A stretch of DNA of 64,000 bases, taken from assembly GCA_965220225.1 (NCBI GenBank), contig OZ244813.1:1891385-1955384 (forward strand). The letters are read 5' to 3'. The notes under the pieces were generated by a model that was given only the letters and a program-made list of their open reading frames with translations, was not told the DNA's origin and searched no databases. Position numbers and translations under genes: made by a program. This document shows, one piece after another, positions 37,244-46,163 of the stretch; the stretch's first letter is position 1, and each line of letters begins with the position of its first letter. The stretch is from Dehalococcoidia bacterium. Its GTDB lineage: Bacteria; Chloroflexota; Dehalococcoidia; Lucifugimonadales; Australimonadaceae.

Positions 37244-37474
37244 ATGAGCGATCCAGTGTTCATTACGGCATCGGCCTTGTTCGCTATGGGGCTAGTGATG
37301 ACCGGCGTCGGAGCCTACAGACTTGGCGATGAGGGCATGGACCATCTCTTCTCCGATTCGGAATGGTGGCTCAACCCCATCATCTGGGTCGCTGCTGGCC
37401 TGTTCTTGTCGGCAGGGGTCTTCTTCTTCGCAGCCTTTGTGTTTGCCCCCGACTGCTCCTGCCCATCTCCCTGA
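37244..37474 (+). CDS. small 2-TM membrane protein (76 aa)
   Basis: AGGGAGAGA upstream of the ATG. Helices FITASALFAMGLVMTGVGAY and IIWVAAGLFLSAGVFFFAAFVF. Confidence 0.55.
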   Translation: MSDPVFITASALFAMGLVMTGVGAYRLGDEGMDHLFSDSEWWLNPIIWVAAGLFLSAGVFFFAAFVFAPDCSCPSP

Positions 37475-37605
37475 ATGTCCTGAGCAGCAGCGGTTGATGG
37501 CAGTGCTTGACACCACTCCCACATCCGTGGGGAATTACACCTACTTTTGGGTGTGATTCCCCATCCGTGGACAGTGGGGGCGGTCAAGGTGTGCCCCGGG
37601 GGCTG

Positions 37606-37615
37606 CCCCCCCCCC
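37606..37615. repeat. C10 homopolymer inside a G5/Cn hairpin
   Basis: GTGCCCCGGGGGCTG-CCCCCCCCCC-GAGGCAC. Confidence 0.9.
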
Positions 37616-38069
37616 GAGGCACTTGACTCACAAGACCGCGTGGAGCACACCAATGTTGCAGTCCTGTTTCGTCATCGATTCAGAGACCGACTGCTTGTCG
37701 CTCGTACGCGACCTGCGTACAGGCAGTTGGCCGAGCGTCCCCGCTCCGGCACGGGGCAGGCGGGACAGCGCAGGCCCGCACCGCTGGCGCAGTCCTGCTT
37801 CGGTCGCAGCGCATCTGGCGAATTCATTCCGTTATGGGATGCGGCGGTCACGCGTTCCGAGTCCATCAGGTTTTTTGTCGAGACTACGGAAACGCTAGTC
37901 TTCGACGGTGGAGGCATCATCACCCGGTGCGAGACTATCTCCGTGCCGATAGCACCCGGCCCCCGCCCTGTGGAACCGGAGGCAGCCCCCACGGCCATAC
38001 CAGCAGCACCGCATCGCTCTCTGATTCCTTCTCTCAACTGATTACCCTCCGCCTCCTTTCGGAACGGAA

Positions 38070-38336
38070 ATGGGCCTTTGGGAACGGACAGGGGAGTTGG
38101 GAGCAAAGCCCATCGGCTACGTAGAGCGGGTCGGCGACGGGGAAGCGGGCGTGCTGACTACCGGTGAGGGTGAGACGATCCTGGCCATCCGGCGCAGGTT
38201 GGGCGCGGCGGCGGAAGCGCTGGGTAGGAGCCTGGATGTCCGCCGCGCAGGGAACGCGGTCTACTTCTGGGTGCAAGGGGGCCGTCGACGCGGGAGGCCC
38301 CGCAAGACTGTCCCGACACACCAGTCCCCCTCGTAG
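38070..38336 (+). CDS. small protein with a C-terminal AT-hook-like motif (88 aa)
   Basis: ..LAIRRRLGAAAEALGRSLDVRRAGNAVYFWVQGGRRRGRPRKTV.. The RGRP core is flanked by basic residues. A decayed paralog lies at 40623-40822. Confidence 0.5.
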   Translation: MGLWERTGELGAKPIGYVERVGDGEAGVLTTGEGETILAIRRRLGAAAEALGRSLDVRRAGNAVYFWVQGGRRRGRPRKTVPTHQSPS

Positions 38337-38520
38337 CGCGCACCCGGGGCCTCTGGGTTATGATGGGTGTCAGGGTGAGCGCCAATGATGCATTCTTCGG
38401 CGTTAGACATCGGCGGCACGAAAGCGCTCGCGCTCGCCGCCCGCCGGACAGGACGACGCTCGCGCCGGTCGTTACTGAGACACCCTTATGGGAATCGCGT
38501 AGCCCCCCCTCTGCAGCGTG

Positions 38521-39957
38521 CTAGTTGACGACGAGTTTGTCGACGCCACTCAGCTTGAGCGCCGCGTCCCGGATCTCGTCGGTGGTGTTCCGGACCTGTT
38601 CGACGATACCGAGGATGTCCTCCGCCCTGCCGTACCCCAACGAGTCGGCGTACCCGGCGATGGCGACCTGTTTCTTGAACTGAGCGTCTTCCATTATCTG
38701 GTCGAACGCCGACTGCCAGTACCGCTTCACGTCGTCTGGCACGCCTGGGGGAAGGAAGAAGACACGCGATATCTCGGCCACGAGCAGATTCAGCTCGAGC
38801 GCTTCGGCCTGCGCCGCGTTGAATGTGAAGCCGGGGAGTTCGCGGTATGAGGGCAGCGGGCCGGTGTGCCCGAGTTCCGCAAGCCATCTGTCGTTGTACG
38901 GCTTCACCTCGTAGAAGACCGGGATGAGGCGCCCGTCCTCTATCCACTCGGGGTAGAGGCGCCCCGCCGTGCCCGGGCTGCACCGGTTCGTGCCGTCCAC
39001 CTCGCCTTGGTCGAACGCCGTCATTATCCCGGTCGTGCCGCCGTAGCCGTAGACCATCTTGAATGGGCCGCCGTTCGCAATCATGAACTCAATGGCGGGC
39101 TCGTTGCCTGGCCCTGCGGAGCCCACCTTGATCGTGAGGTTGTTATCCAGCACCTCCTGCCAGGAGGAGGCGAAGTTCCTGTCCAGGCAGAAGCCGTCCT
39201 CGTTGATGGAGAACGTGGGGGAGCCGAGGATGTGGATGGCGTCGATGTCGAACCCGGTGACGTCGCCCACGTACAACTGCCGCTGGAACCAGCGCGAGTG
39301 CGTCGGGCCGATGGTGTAGCCGTCCGGGTTTGAGTCCACTACCGCCCGCAGGCCACGCAACTGTGCGTCGCCGGGGATGTTCTGCACGATGAAGCGCGTG
39401 CTCTCAGGGAAGTAACGCTCGGCTGCCTCGGCAACCAGCCTGCTGAAGGTGTCGTAACCGCCGCCGGGGCTCGCACCGACGACGATCCTGATCGTCTTGC
39501 GGCCGAAGTACTCCTCCGCGTCGAAAACGGTAGGCATAGGTGTAGCTGTCGGCGTTGGTGTGGACGTGGGTGTAGGCGTCAGCGTAGGTGTAGCGGTCGA
39601 TGTGGGCGTAGGCGTGGGTGTAGCTGCCGGCGTGGGCGTGGACGTGGGTGTGGGCGTCAGCGTAGGCGTAGCGGTCGATGTAGGCGAGGGTGTAGCTGCC
39701 GGCATGGGCGTGGGTGTGGGTGCAGGCGTCAGCGTAGGCGTAGCGGTCGATGTAGGCGTGGGTGTAGCTGCCGGCATGGGCGTGGGTGTGGGTGCAGGCG
39801 TCAGCGTAGGCGTAGCGGTCGATGTAGGCGTGGGTGTAGCTGCCAGCATGTGCGTGGGTGTTGCTGGAGAGCAAGCAGCGAACAGTAGGAGAGTCAGAGC
39901 GAAGAGGAGGATGCCTAAGGTCGGTAAAGGCCATGTCTTGGAATTCGCCATCTTCAC
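38521..39957 (-). CDS. tripartite tricarboxylate transporter substrate-binding protein (TctC/Bug family) lipoprotein with a ~125-aa P/T-rich linker
   Basis: Signal peptide and lipobox (LLLFAAC), a long [23 protein letters not shown]-type repeat, then [21 protein letters not shown]..., typical of Bug/TctC proteins. Confidence 0.85.
   Translation of the reverse strand: MKMANSKTWPLPTLGILLFALTLLLFAACSPATPTHMLAATPTPTSTATPTLTPAPTPTPMPAATPTPTSTATPTLTPAPTPTPMPAATPSPTSTATPTLTPTPTSTPTPAATPTPTPTSTATPTLTPTPTSTPTPTATPMPTVFDAEEYFGRKTIRIVVGASPGGGYDTFSRLVAEAAERYFPESTRFIVQNIPGDAQLRGLRAVVDSNPDGYTIGPTHSRWFQRQLYVGDVTGFDIDAIHILGSPTFSINEDGFCLDRNFASSWQEVLDNNLTIKVGSAGPGNEPAIEFMIANGGPFKMVYGYGGTTGIMTAFDQGEVDGTNRCSPGTAGRLYPEWIEDGRLIPVFYEVKPYNDRWLAELGHTGPLPSYRELPGFTFNAAQAEALELNLLVAEISRVFFLPPGVPDDVKRYWQSAFDQIMEDAQFKKQVAIAGYADSLGYGRAEDILGIVEQVRNTTDEIRDAALKLSGVDKLVVN
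39547..39860. repeat. 72-bp tandem repeat (about 4 copies, the last two to three nearly exact) encoding the TctC P/T linker
   Basis: The unit starting TGTAGCTGCCGGCATGGGCGTGGG recurs at 39691, 39763 and 39835. Confidence 0.85.
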
Positions 39958-39959
39958 TC

Positions 39960-40610
39960 TAGCAACCTTAACACAACCTCCGAGATTCCGTGGGAGGGAT
40001 GTGAAGTTCCGGACCCGCCAGGTGCAAAAGGCGACAAGAGCGCGATGTCCTCTCGGTAGACGACGAACTGCGGGAGCGAGGCGCGCCGCCGTTCCCCATG
40101 CTGCCGTGCTCGCGCCGGATGGCTGCCCGCTGCTTCCGCAGCGGGCAATAGTGTGTCCTTCCGGATCAGTCGTCGTCTGCAGTCGGAGATGACGTTGACG
40201 TCGCCGTTGAACACACTGGGAGCAGCATGACCTTCCGGGATGACTCCGTTGGCGCAGGGTCAGGAGCGACAGTGGCGATGGGAGTCGGCGGTGCTAGCAG
40301 GCTTCTGCACTCGGCGACGGGCGCGTGAGCTGTGCTTGATGGGCTGGCGCGCGAGCATGAGGCAGGGGGGCGGCGCTTGCTGCGGAGGGGACTGACGCTG
40401 AGGCACTGGAGGGAGTAGGGCAACCGGAGGCTTATCGCCGGCCGGTCGGAGGAAGCGAACCGGGCGGCGGGAGCGGAAACCCGTTGCCGGGGTCACCGGG
40501 GCCGGGTGACACTGAGCGTGTTGTACGGATTGCCAGCGGTTCATCCAGAGAACGCTGGAGGGTGTCATCCCTGCCTTGGCCCGAGTGATTGAGCAGAACT
40601 CTCCGAAGGT
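39960..40610 (-). pseudogene. remnant of a tyrosine recombinase (N-terminal SAM-like region recognisable, catalytic part decayed or truncated)
   Basis: The minus-strand frame reads ..LVQTFGEFCSITRAKAGMTPSSVLWMNRWQSVQHA..RPVRFLRPAGDK.., resembling tFgef...w......l.psT...y...l..h of phage-integrase N-termini. Further downstream ..[29 protein letters not shown].. resembles the w.D.D....i.i...K....vPl strand region. Multiple frames are needed. Confidence 0.35.
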
Positions 40611-40622
40611 CTGAACGAGGGG

Positions 40623-40822
40623 GTGGAGACCGCGACCGGTAAGCGGGAAGCGTCAGCGGGGTTTGAGATGACGCCCCTGGTCGTCCGCTTCGGAAGGCCG
40701 GGAGGACAGCCCGTGTCGGAGGTCGAGACGACGCAGGCGCTCCGGTGCAGGCTCAACACGGCAGCGGAATGCTGGGGACGAGCCTCGACGTCCGCCGCAC
40801 AGCGAACGTCGTCTACTTCTGA
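40623..40822 (+). pseudogene. decayed paralog of the AT-hook small protein
   Basis: ..VETTQALRCRLNTAAECWGR, then after a frameshift SLDVRRTANVVYF*, versus ..ETILAIRRRLGAAAEALGRSLDVRRAGNAVYFWVQ in the 38070 copy. The nucleotide similarity is obvious around GCCTCGACGTCCGCCGCACAGCGAACGTCGTCTACTTCTG. Confidence 0.4.
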
Positions 40823-40876
40823 AGAGCGGAGTGCATCGGCGTGGAAGGCGACGCAAGGACCCGGCGGAATAGCGCG

Positions 40877-41302
40877 TCAACGCTGCTCCTGCCGAAAGCG
40901 GGAGGAGCCCAATAACTCCATGCAGTAGCTGAAGCCGAGGGCCGCCAGTCCGCTTGCGAGAACCACGGGGGCCACCACGATCATGGCTCGTGCGCCTTCG
41001 AAGTCGTCCCGCTGGGGTTGTCCGCCTATCGCCACATCAATCGCGATGGGCGTAGCCAAGATGGTCACATACAATGTACAGAACAGGCTGATAACGAAAC
41101 AGGTTAGTGCTGCGGCAGCGCCGATTTCCTTAGACAGATCCCGGCGGCTGCTCGGCACAGCGCGTCTTTTGTGAATTCTATTGCATAGCCATCGCGGGAT
41201 CGCATATGCGTAGATTGGCAGGCTTAACGCCAGCAATAACAATATGAGTACGTCTGGCAGAATGAAATCCCAAGCGTCAAGGGATATCGTTACTGAGATC
41301 AC
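40877..41302 (-). CDS. multi-TM membrane protein, hypothetical, in an AT-rich patch
   Basis: 141 aa from a GTG start. Hydrophobic sequence continues upstream in the same frame without a start codon, and a 40-aa TM ORF lies further upstream in another frame, so the 5' end may be disrupted. Confidence 0.5.
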   Translation of the reverse strand: MISVTISLDAWDFILPDVLILLLLALSLPIYAYAIPRWLCNRIHKRRAVPSSRRDLSKEIGAAAALTCFVISLFCTLYVTILATPIAIDVAIGGQPQRDDFEGARAMIVVAPVVLASGLAALGFSYCMELLGSSRFRQEQR

Positions 41303-42644
41303 TGCACCAACAAGGAACAGAAGAGGTAGAACCGCAAACCAGATGCTCCCAGAGATAATGTCGTGCCGGTCTTCTCTTGAACTAGATTTCCAGGTAATCC
41401 TTAGTTCTCTGCCAGGCGGGGACTATAGCGATGAGATTCACGGCTAGCAATGCCGCTGCCAATAGCGTCACATTAGTTGCTATATCTCGTGTAGTCGAAT
41501 TCACTAAAGCAGCTTCCTTCTTGCAGGTTCGGTTGGAATCATATCACGCGTGAACATGGTGCAGCACGAGCGCAAGGAAGTGCAGGCGCAGCGGCCGTCG
41601 CCGGATGCAGTTCCCATGTCTGTGGTCCCGGCGGAAGTAGGTGCGCACTACGAGCCTCGGGAAGACGTGCAGCCTCTGCTCTGTCAACTCCCACGCCTCG
41701 GCGTCGGGCTCATCCTGCCCGTCACCCTCGCCTACCATCTGGATCTCGTCGCCCAACCGTCGGCACCTTCCTGCGCAGCTTCAGATTGGGCCACGTCGCC
41801 AACTCGACCGCGTCAGCCGCGAACTGCTCGCCTGCACCTAGAGGGCTCTGCCTCCTGAGGGCGCGCTGGGTGAGCTGCAGGTGCTCGGACGCGGTGAAGA
41901 AGATGTCGCGGTTGAGCAGGCGGGAGGGCTTGCGGCCCATGCGTGGACGGTCGCAGTGCCTGCCGACGCTGATACGGACGGTGCCTGCGAGGTGTTCTGC
42001 TGCCCCGCCTGCCAGGAGACTGCGTCCTTGCGGGCGCTCTGGAACTGGCGGGGTGCCGCCGCCAGTAGCGCGCCGGGTTGCCCGATGAAGGTCCAAGCTC
42101 CCGACGCGACGCGCGTAATCTATCACCTCTCCGCTTGCAACTGCGAGGGACGCGGAGGCACCGCAGCGGCTATACTGCCGACTGGTGGTGGGGTGTCGGC
42201 TAAGGGGAGCTGGGGGCTGGCATCCCGCCACTGCTCCCCGCTCTAGGTGATTGGGCGTCCCAGCGCTCGTGGAGCACGGCGAATCACACGGTGAGGGGAT
42301 GGCAGTTGCGCTAACGTGACGAACCAGCCTGTGGCTTCTGTAGCAGACCGGTGTATGGGAAGGAGGCTTCAGCGTCGCCAGCGGGCTGGGCCGCGCACGC
42401 GGGGCAAAGGCCAGCACTTACTGCCAAGGCCGGAATATAGGCATCCTTATTGTTGCTCAAATCATCCCCTTGTCTCATCCTGGGAGCCACCTCATCCCAC
42501 GCGGAGCCGTCGGGCAATGCGTGCTATCGATGGCGGATTCCGTCCGGTAAGCGCATTGTGGCTCCCTTGTACCTAGAGCCATGCATCACTATCCTGTGTT
42601 GTGACGATTGTACTCGGGAATGGATTCGCGGGAGCCATCTGTAT

Positions 42645-43838
42645 ATGGGCGAAAGCATCTCTCGGATAGAGGTCAGCGACCTCTGGAAGGTATTCGGCGA
42701 GAACCCGGAGGTCGCCCTGCTGCCGGACCACGAGTCCATGACCCGCGAGGAGATACGCCGCGCATTGGGCGTCGTGGTCGGGCTGCGGAATGTCTCGTTC
42801 AGCGTAGACACAGGAGAGGTCTTCGTCGTCATGGGCCTGTCCGGTAGCGGGAAGTCGACCTTGGTGCGCTGCCTCATCAGGCTCACGGAGCCCACTGCAG
42901 GGCAAATCTGTTTCGATGGCGAGGATATCCGGGCATATGCTCCGAAGCAGTTGATGGAGTTTCGGCGCAGCAGGATCGCTATGGTCTTCCAGCACTACGG
43001 TCTCTTCCCGCACCGCAACGTCATTGAGAACGTGGTGTACGGACTGGAAGTGCGGGGGATGGACAAGCACGCTAGGTACGAGGCTGCACTGGAGGCCGTC
43101 AAGGTCGTGGGACTGGAGGGTTGGGAGCACAACTACCCTCGGCAGATGAGTGGTGGGATGCAGCAGCGCGTCGGCCTCGCCAGAGCACTGGCGACCAATC
43201 CCGACGTACTGCTGATGGACGAGCCCTTCAGCGGCCTTGACCCACTCATCCGTAGAGAAATGCAGGACGAACTCCTGGCTCTACAGACGGAGCTGCAGAA
43301 GACCATCGTGTTCATCACGCACGACCTGAACGAGGCACTGAAGATGGGCGACCGCATCGCAATCATGCGCGATGGCGAGATCATCCAGATGGGTTCCCCC
43401 GAGGAAGTCGTGACACTGCCTACTGACGCCTACGTGTCCGACTTCGTCCGAGACGTCTCCAGGGCAAAGGTCCTCCAGGCGAAGGCCATCATGCGAGAGC
43501 CCGGCGTGGTCATCTACGAACGGCAGGGACCCCGCGCCGCACTGTATGCGATGAACCAGCACGGCCTCGACGCGTTATTCCTGATTGCGCGTGACCTCAC
43601 GCTCAAAGGAATTCTGACGAGAGAAGGTGCGAGCGAACTGCTCCACCACCAGATGGAGTCTTTGGAAGAAGCCCATGTCGTTCCCGCAACAATCACGCCC
43701 CCCGACGCATACATCGAAGAGGTCGTGCCGATGGCGGCGCAGACCGAACACCCAATTGCAGTGGTCGCCGACAACGGGAGCCTGCTAGGGGAGATCGACA
43801 GGGCGACACTTCTCACGGGCCTGTCGAGTAGGGCGTAG
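42645..43838 (+). CDS. glycine betaine/proline-type ABC transporter ATP-binding protein with tandem C-terminal CBS domains (ProV/OpuAA-like)
   Basis: Start at ATG 42645 (MGESISRIEVSDLWKVFG). Walker A GLSGSGKST, signature MSGGMQQRVGLARAL, Walker B LLMDEPFSGLD. CBS-like C-terminal ~120 aa. Confidence 0.9.
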   Translation: MGESISRIEVSDLWKVFGENPEVALLPDHESMTREEIRRALGVVVGLRNVSFSVDTGEVFVVMGLSGSGKSTLVRCLIRLTEPTAGQICFDGEDIRAYAPKQLMEFRRSRIAMVFQHYGLFPHRNVIENVVYGLEVRGMDKHARYEAALEAVKVVGLEGWEHNYPRQMSGGMQQRVGLARALATNPDVLLMDEPFSGLDPLIRREMQDELLALQTELQKTIVFITHDLNEALKMGDRIAIMRDGEIIQMGSPEEVVTLPTDAYVSDFVRDVSRAKVLQAKAIMREPGVVIYERQGPRAALYAMNQHGLDALFLIARDLTLKGILTREGASELLHHQMESLEEAHVVPATITPPDAYIEEVVPMAAQTEHPIAVVADNGSLLGEIDRATLLTGLSSRA

Positions 43839-44043
43839 GAAGATACGCTGGCAGCACTCGGAACGTCCCATGAGTGACGTTGAATCGACTCTGAGTGCCC
43901 GTGTACCGTTCTCTTGCAGGTGCACGCCCAGATGGGGGGCCAGTCAAGGCCCAACAATGCCTTGAACGTACGCCACGGGTGGGAACGAGGGTGCGTTTGT
44001 TTTCACAAACTTTCTCGACATTTACAGCAAAGGAGAAGGCAAG

Positions 44044-44376
44044 ATGCTTCAATCGGGAGGCGAACGCGAATCGCTATACCACGAGCAGGGGGGGAGTTGC
44101 ATGTATTGCGGCTGTTCACTCCCCTCGGACGGATTCGAGATTGACCATAAGGTGCCGACTTCACGTGGCGGCGGCGATGAACGCGAGAACTTGCAGATGC
44201 TCTGTCCAGCCTGTAACCAACGCAAGGGGAACATGACCGATGAGGAGCACCGGAGGCGATATCGCCTTGGATTGTCCATTGGCGCGCAGCCGCCGGTATG
44301 GCCGATTCCCCAAACCTACTTCGGCAATATCGACCGTGAGTTAGAGAGGCGGGAGTCGTACCGCGGCATCTCTTGA
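44044..44376 (+). CDS. HNH endonuclease (110 aa), paralog of the N-terminal part of 27148-28092
   Basis: AAGGAGAAGG RBS. CMYCGCSLPSDGFEIDHKVPTSRGGGDERENLQMLCPACNQRKGNMTDEEHRRRY..PIPQTYF parallels CAYCGRAHRIDYLEIDHKHPVSRGGSDDVDNLQLLCTSCNMRKGIQSDEELRRRY..PIPQQVF. Confidence 0.85.
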   Translation: MLQSGGERESLYHEQGGSCMYCGCSLPSDGFEIDHKVPTSRGGGDERENLQMLCPACNQRKGNMTDEEHRRRYRLGLSIGAQPPVWPIPQTYFGNIDRELERRESYRGIS

Positions 44377-44877
44377 CGGGCATGCCGGGGAATAGGGAAC
44401 CGGGGCACCACTTAGCCAGCCCTTTGGCCTATTGCACTGAGAAATGCATTGTTCGCGAGCTGAGCAGCCACGGCACCGAATGCTCCAGTCACGACCTCTA
44501 GCCCAGGCAGGACATGAACGTCCATCCTCATATCGCCAGCGAACGAGACTGCCTGCGGATACGGGCAGCGGAAGTGACATGGTGAAGGAACACGAGTGCT
44601 ATACTCGCCCGGCTGATCCGCTCTAACACGCTAACCACCTGACTTCAGCCTGAGGGGTTAGAGCATGCCCGCCTTCAGCACGATTCCAGTCGCTGAGGCC
44701 TGTACGAGAAGCGCAACTGGCAAACGCACAGCACCGCGCTGTAGGAAGACGTCGGATACATTGAGTGCAGCACCCCCGGCGGGGTGGGCAGGCTCCAGAC
44801 TTCAGAAGAGGGCACGGCTCTCGCCTTGCGTGGTAGAGATTTGAGTCGGGCAAGCGCAGAGTACATGAGGCGGAGGG

Positions 44878-45381
44878 ATGACTTTGGCAGAGCCCACCAT
44901 TCGGTTCGAAGAATCAGCTGTCCCCGGCAGAACGTACGACCTCGACGTTTACGCCGATAACATTCGCCTCGGCTCCATTCGGCCTGTCTCCGACCGAGGT
45001 TTCATCGGGTGGAAGTGGCACTTCGGTGCTGCGCTCGTCGACCCTGCCCTTGAACTCGGCAGGGCCTGCGAGCGTGCGGATGGCAGCAGCCGTAATCAGT
45101 GGGAGGCGGAGTTGATCTCGTGGGCCACCTTCCTGACCGAGGCCGAATGGGAGGACACGCAGACGGTCGTCTACACCGAGGAAATCGCCAACACTCTGCA
45201 CATACACGCACTCTACACCTACAAGCTCCTCGACCGGATGCGGAAGATGAAGCCCCAGAGCACCGCAGCAGTTGAAGCACTGGCCGTCTTGACACGGCAT
45301 CACCGCGAACTGAACGACGCAGTGGCGGCAATCGGCGTCCCTGCCCCAGGAGAAAGCTGGCACCCTATGCCCCGGGTGTAA
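44878..45381 (+). CDS. hypothetical protein (167 aa)
   Basis: GGAGGG RBS. Protein-like composition with no recognisable motif. Confidence 0.5.
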   Translation: MTLAEPTIRFEESAVPGRTYDLDVYADNIRLGSIRPVSDRGFIGWKWHFGAALVDPALELGRACERADGSSRNQWEAELISWATFLTEAEWEDTQTVVYTEEIANTLHIHALYTYKLLDRMRKMKPQSTAAVEALAVLTRHHRELNDAVAAIGVPAPGESWHPMPRV

Positions 45382-45428
45382 GGCCCCCTTGGCAGCATAA
45401 GCGACTTGCAGACCGGGGGATGCGCACT

Positions 45429-46163
45429 TTACCCGATGGAGTCCTGCTCGCGCAGCCCCTCGACTGCCACGCGAAGTTCGTGAACCTGTTCAGTGAGCAA
45501 CGTAAGGGTGGCCGCTCCGGGCTCCTCCCGTCTCGTCAGAATCGAGGCGAGATTGGCCGTGAGCGCGCCGAAAAGCCCGATGCCTCCGAGCATGAGTGCG
45601 TAAGCGAAGACGCGTCCAGCTTGGGTCACGGGCACCACATCGCCATAGCCTACGGTCGTCACTGTAGCGATGGACCACCACAGCGCGTCGGAGAATGAGT
45701 CTATCGGGGAATCATGACCGCGCTCGACCAGCGTGACAAGCGTGGCAATGAGCAGTACGAGGCCGACGGCATAGACGGCCAGGAAATCGACGCGAACGAG
45801 CCGGATGGCACTGCGATAGGCGCGCGAGCGGTCCAGGATGATCCAGACTATCCGCAGCGGGCGGGCGACCGGGAACAGCACGACGATGACATCGATCCAG
45901 TGGTTTCTGACATATGCCAAGCGCCGGGGGGCGATGGCCGTCCGCACCGCTAAATCCGCAGCAAAGGCCACCCAGATGGCTATCCTGAGCGCGAGCACGA
46001 TGCCGTGCGAAATCGGGCGCAGTTCCCATAGCAATGACGCTGCGAGCAGGGGCACCATCGCGAAGGAGAGAACCATCATGGGCAGTTCGGTGGTGCGCTC
46101 GATCCTGTCCAACAGGAGTTCGCGACGGGCATCGCCTGCCATTGTTGTGCTTGGTTTGTCCAT
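45429..46163 (-). CDS. voltage-gated-type potassium channel (ion transport family)
   Basis: K+ selectivity filter TVTTVGYGD, an S4-like arginine-rich helix (..RPLRIVWIILDRSRAYR..) and 6-TM organisation. Confidence 0.85.
   Translation of the reverse strand: MDKPSTTMAGDARRELLLDRIERTTELPMMVLSFAMVPLLAASLLWELRPISHGIVLALRIAIWVAFAADLAVRTAIAPRRLAYVRNHWIDVIVVLFPVARPLRIVWIILDRSRAYRSAIRLVRVDFLAVYAVGLVLLIATLVTLVERGHDSPIDSFSDALWWSIATVTTVGYGDVVPVTQAGRVFAYALMLGGIGLFGALTANLASILTRREEPGAATLTLLTEQVHELRVAVEGLREQDSIG

Noticed and set aside
35700-37500. Integron-like cassette array (attC sites) as an explanation for the same-strand micro-gene array.
   Set aside because: The conserved element lacks the RYYYAAC/GTTRRRY core sites, no intI is present, and only one such element lies within the array.
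39497-40192. Gly/Val-repeat 'proteins' (also 51698..52294, 58006..58494 and 46811..47245).
   Set aside because: They are the antisense reading of the Pro/Thr linker repeats of well-supported minus-strand genes, not separate genes.
41544-42420. Minus-strand ORFs (231 aa and 70 aa), possibly an XRE-type antitoxin plus toxin pair (..LQLTQRAL.. and ..ELATWPNLKLRRKVP..).
   Set aside because: The HTH resemblance needs several frame changes. The remainder is Arg/Pro-rich with no recognisable toxin motif. I treat it as unresolved decayed sequence.
44377-44877. 500-nt gap after the second HNH gene containing an 8-bp stem (GCTCTAAC...GTTAGAGC) and a tRNA D-arm-like GGTTAGAGC string.
   Set aside because: I could not fold a cloverleaf or any known RNA motif by eye. 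It is kept only as an unannotated gap.
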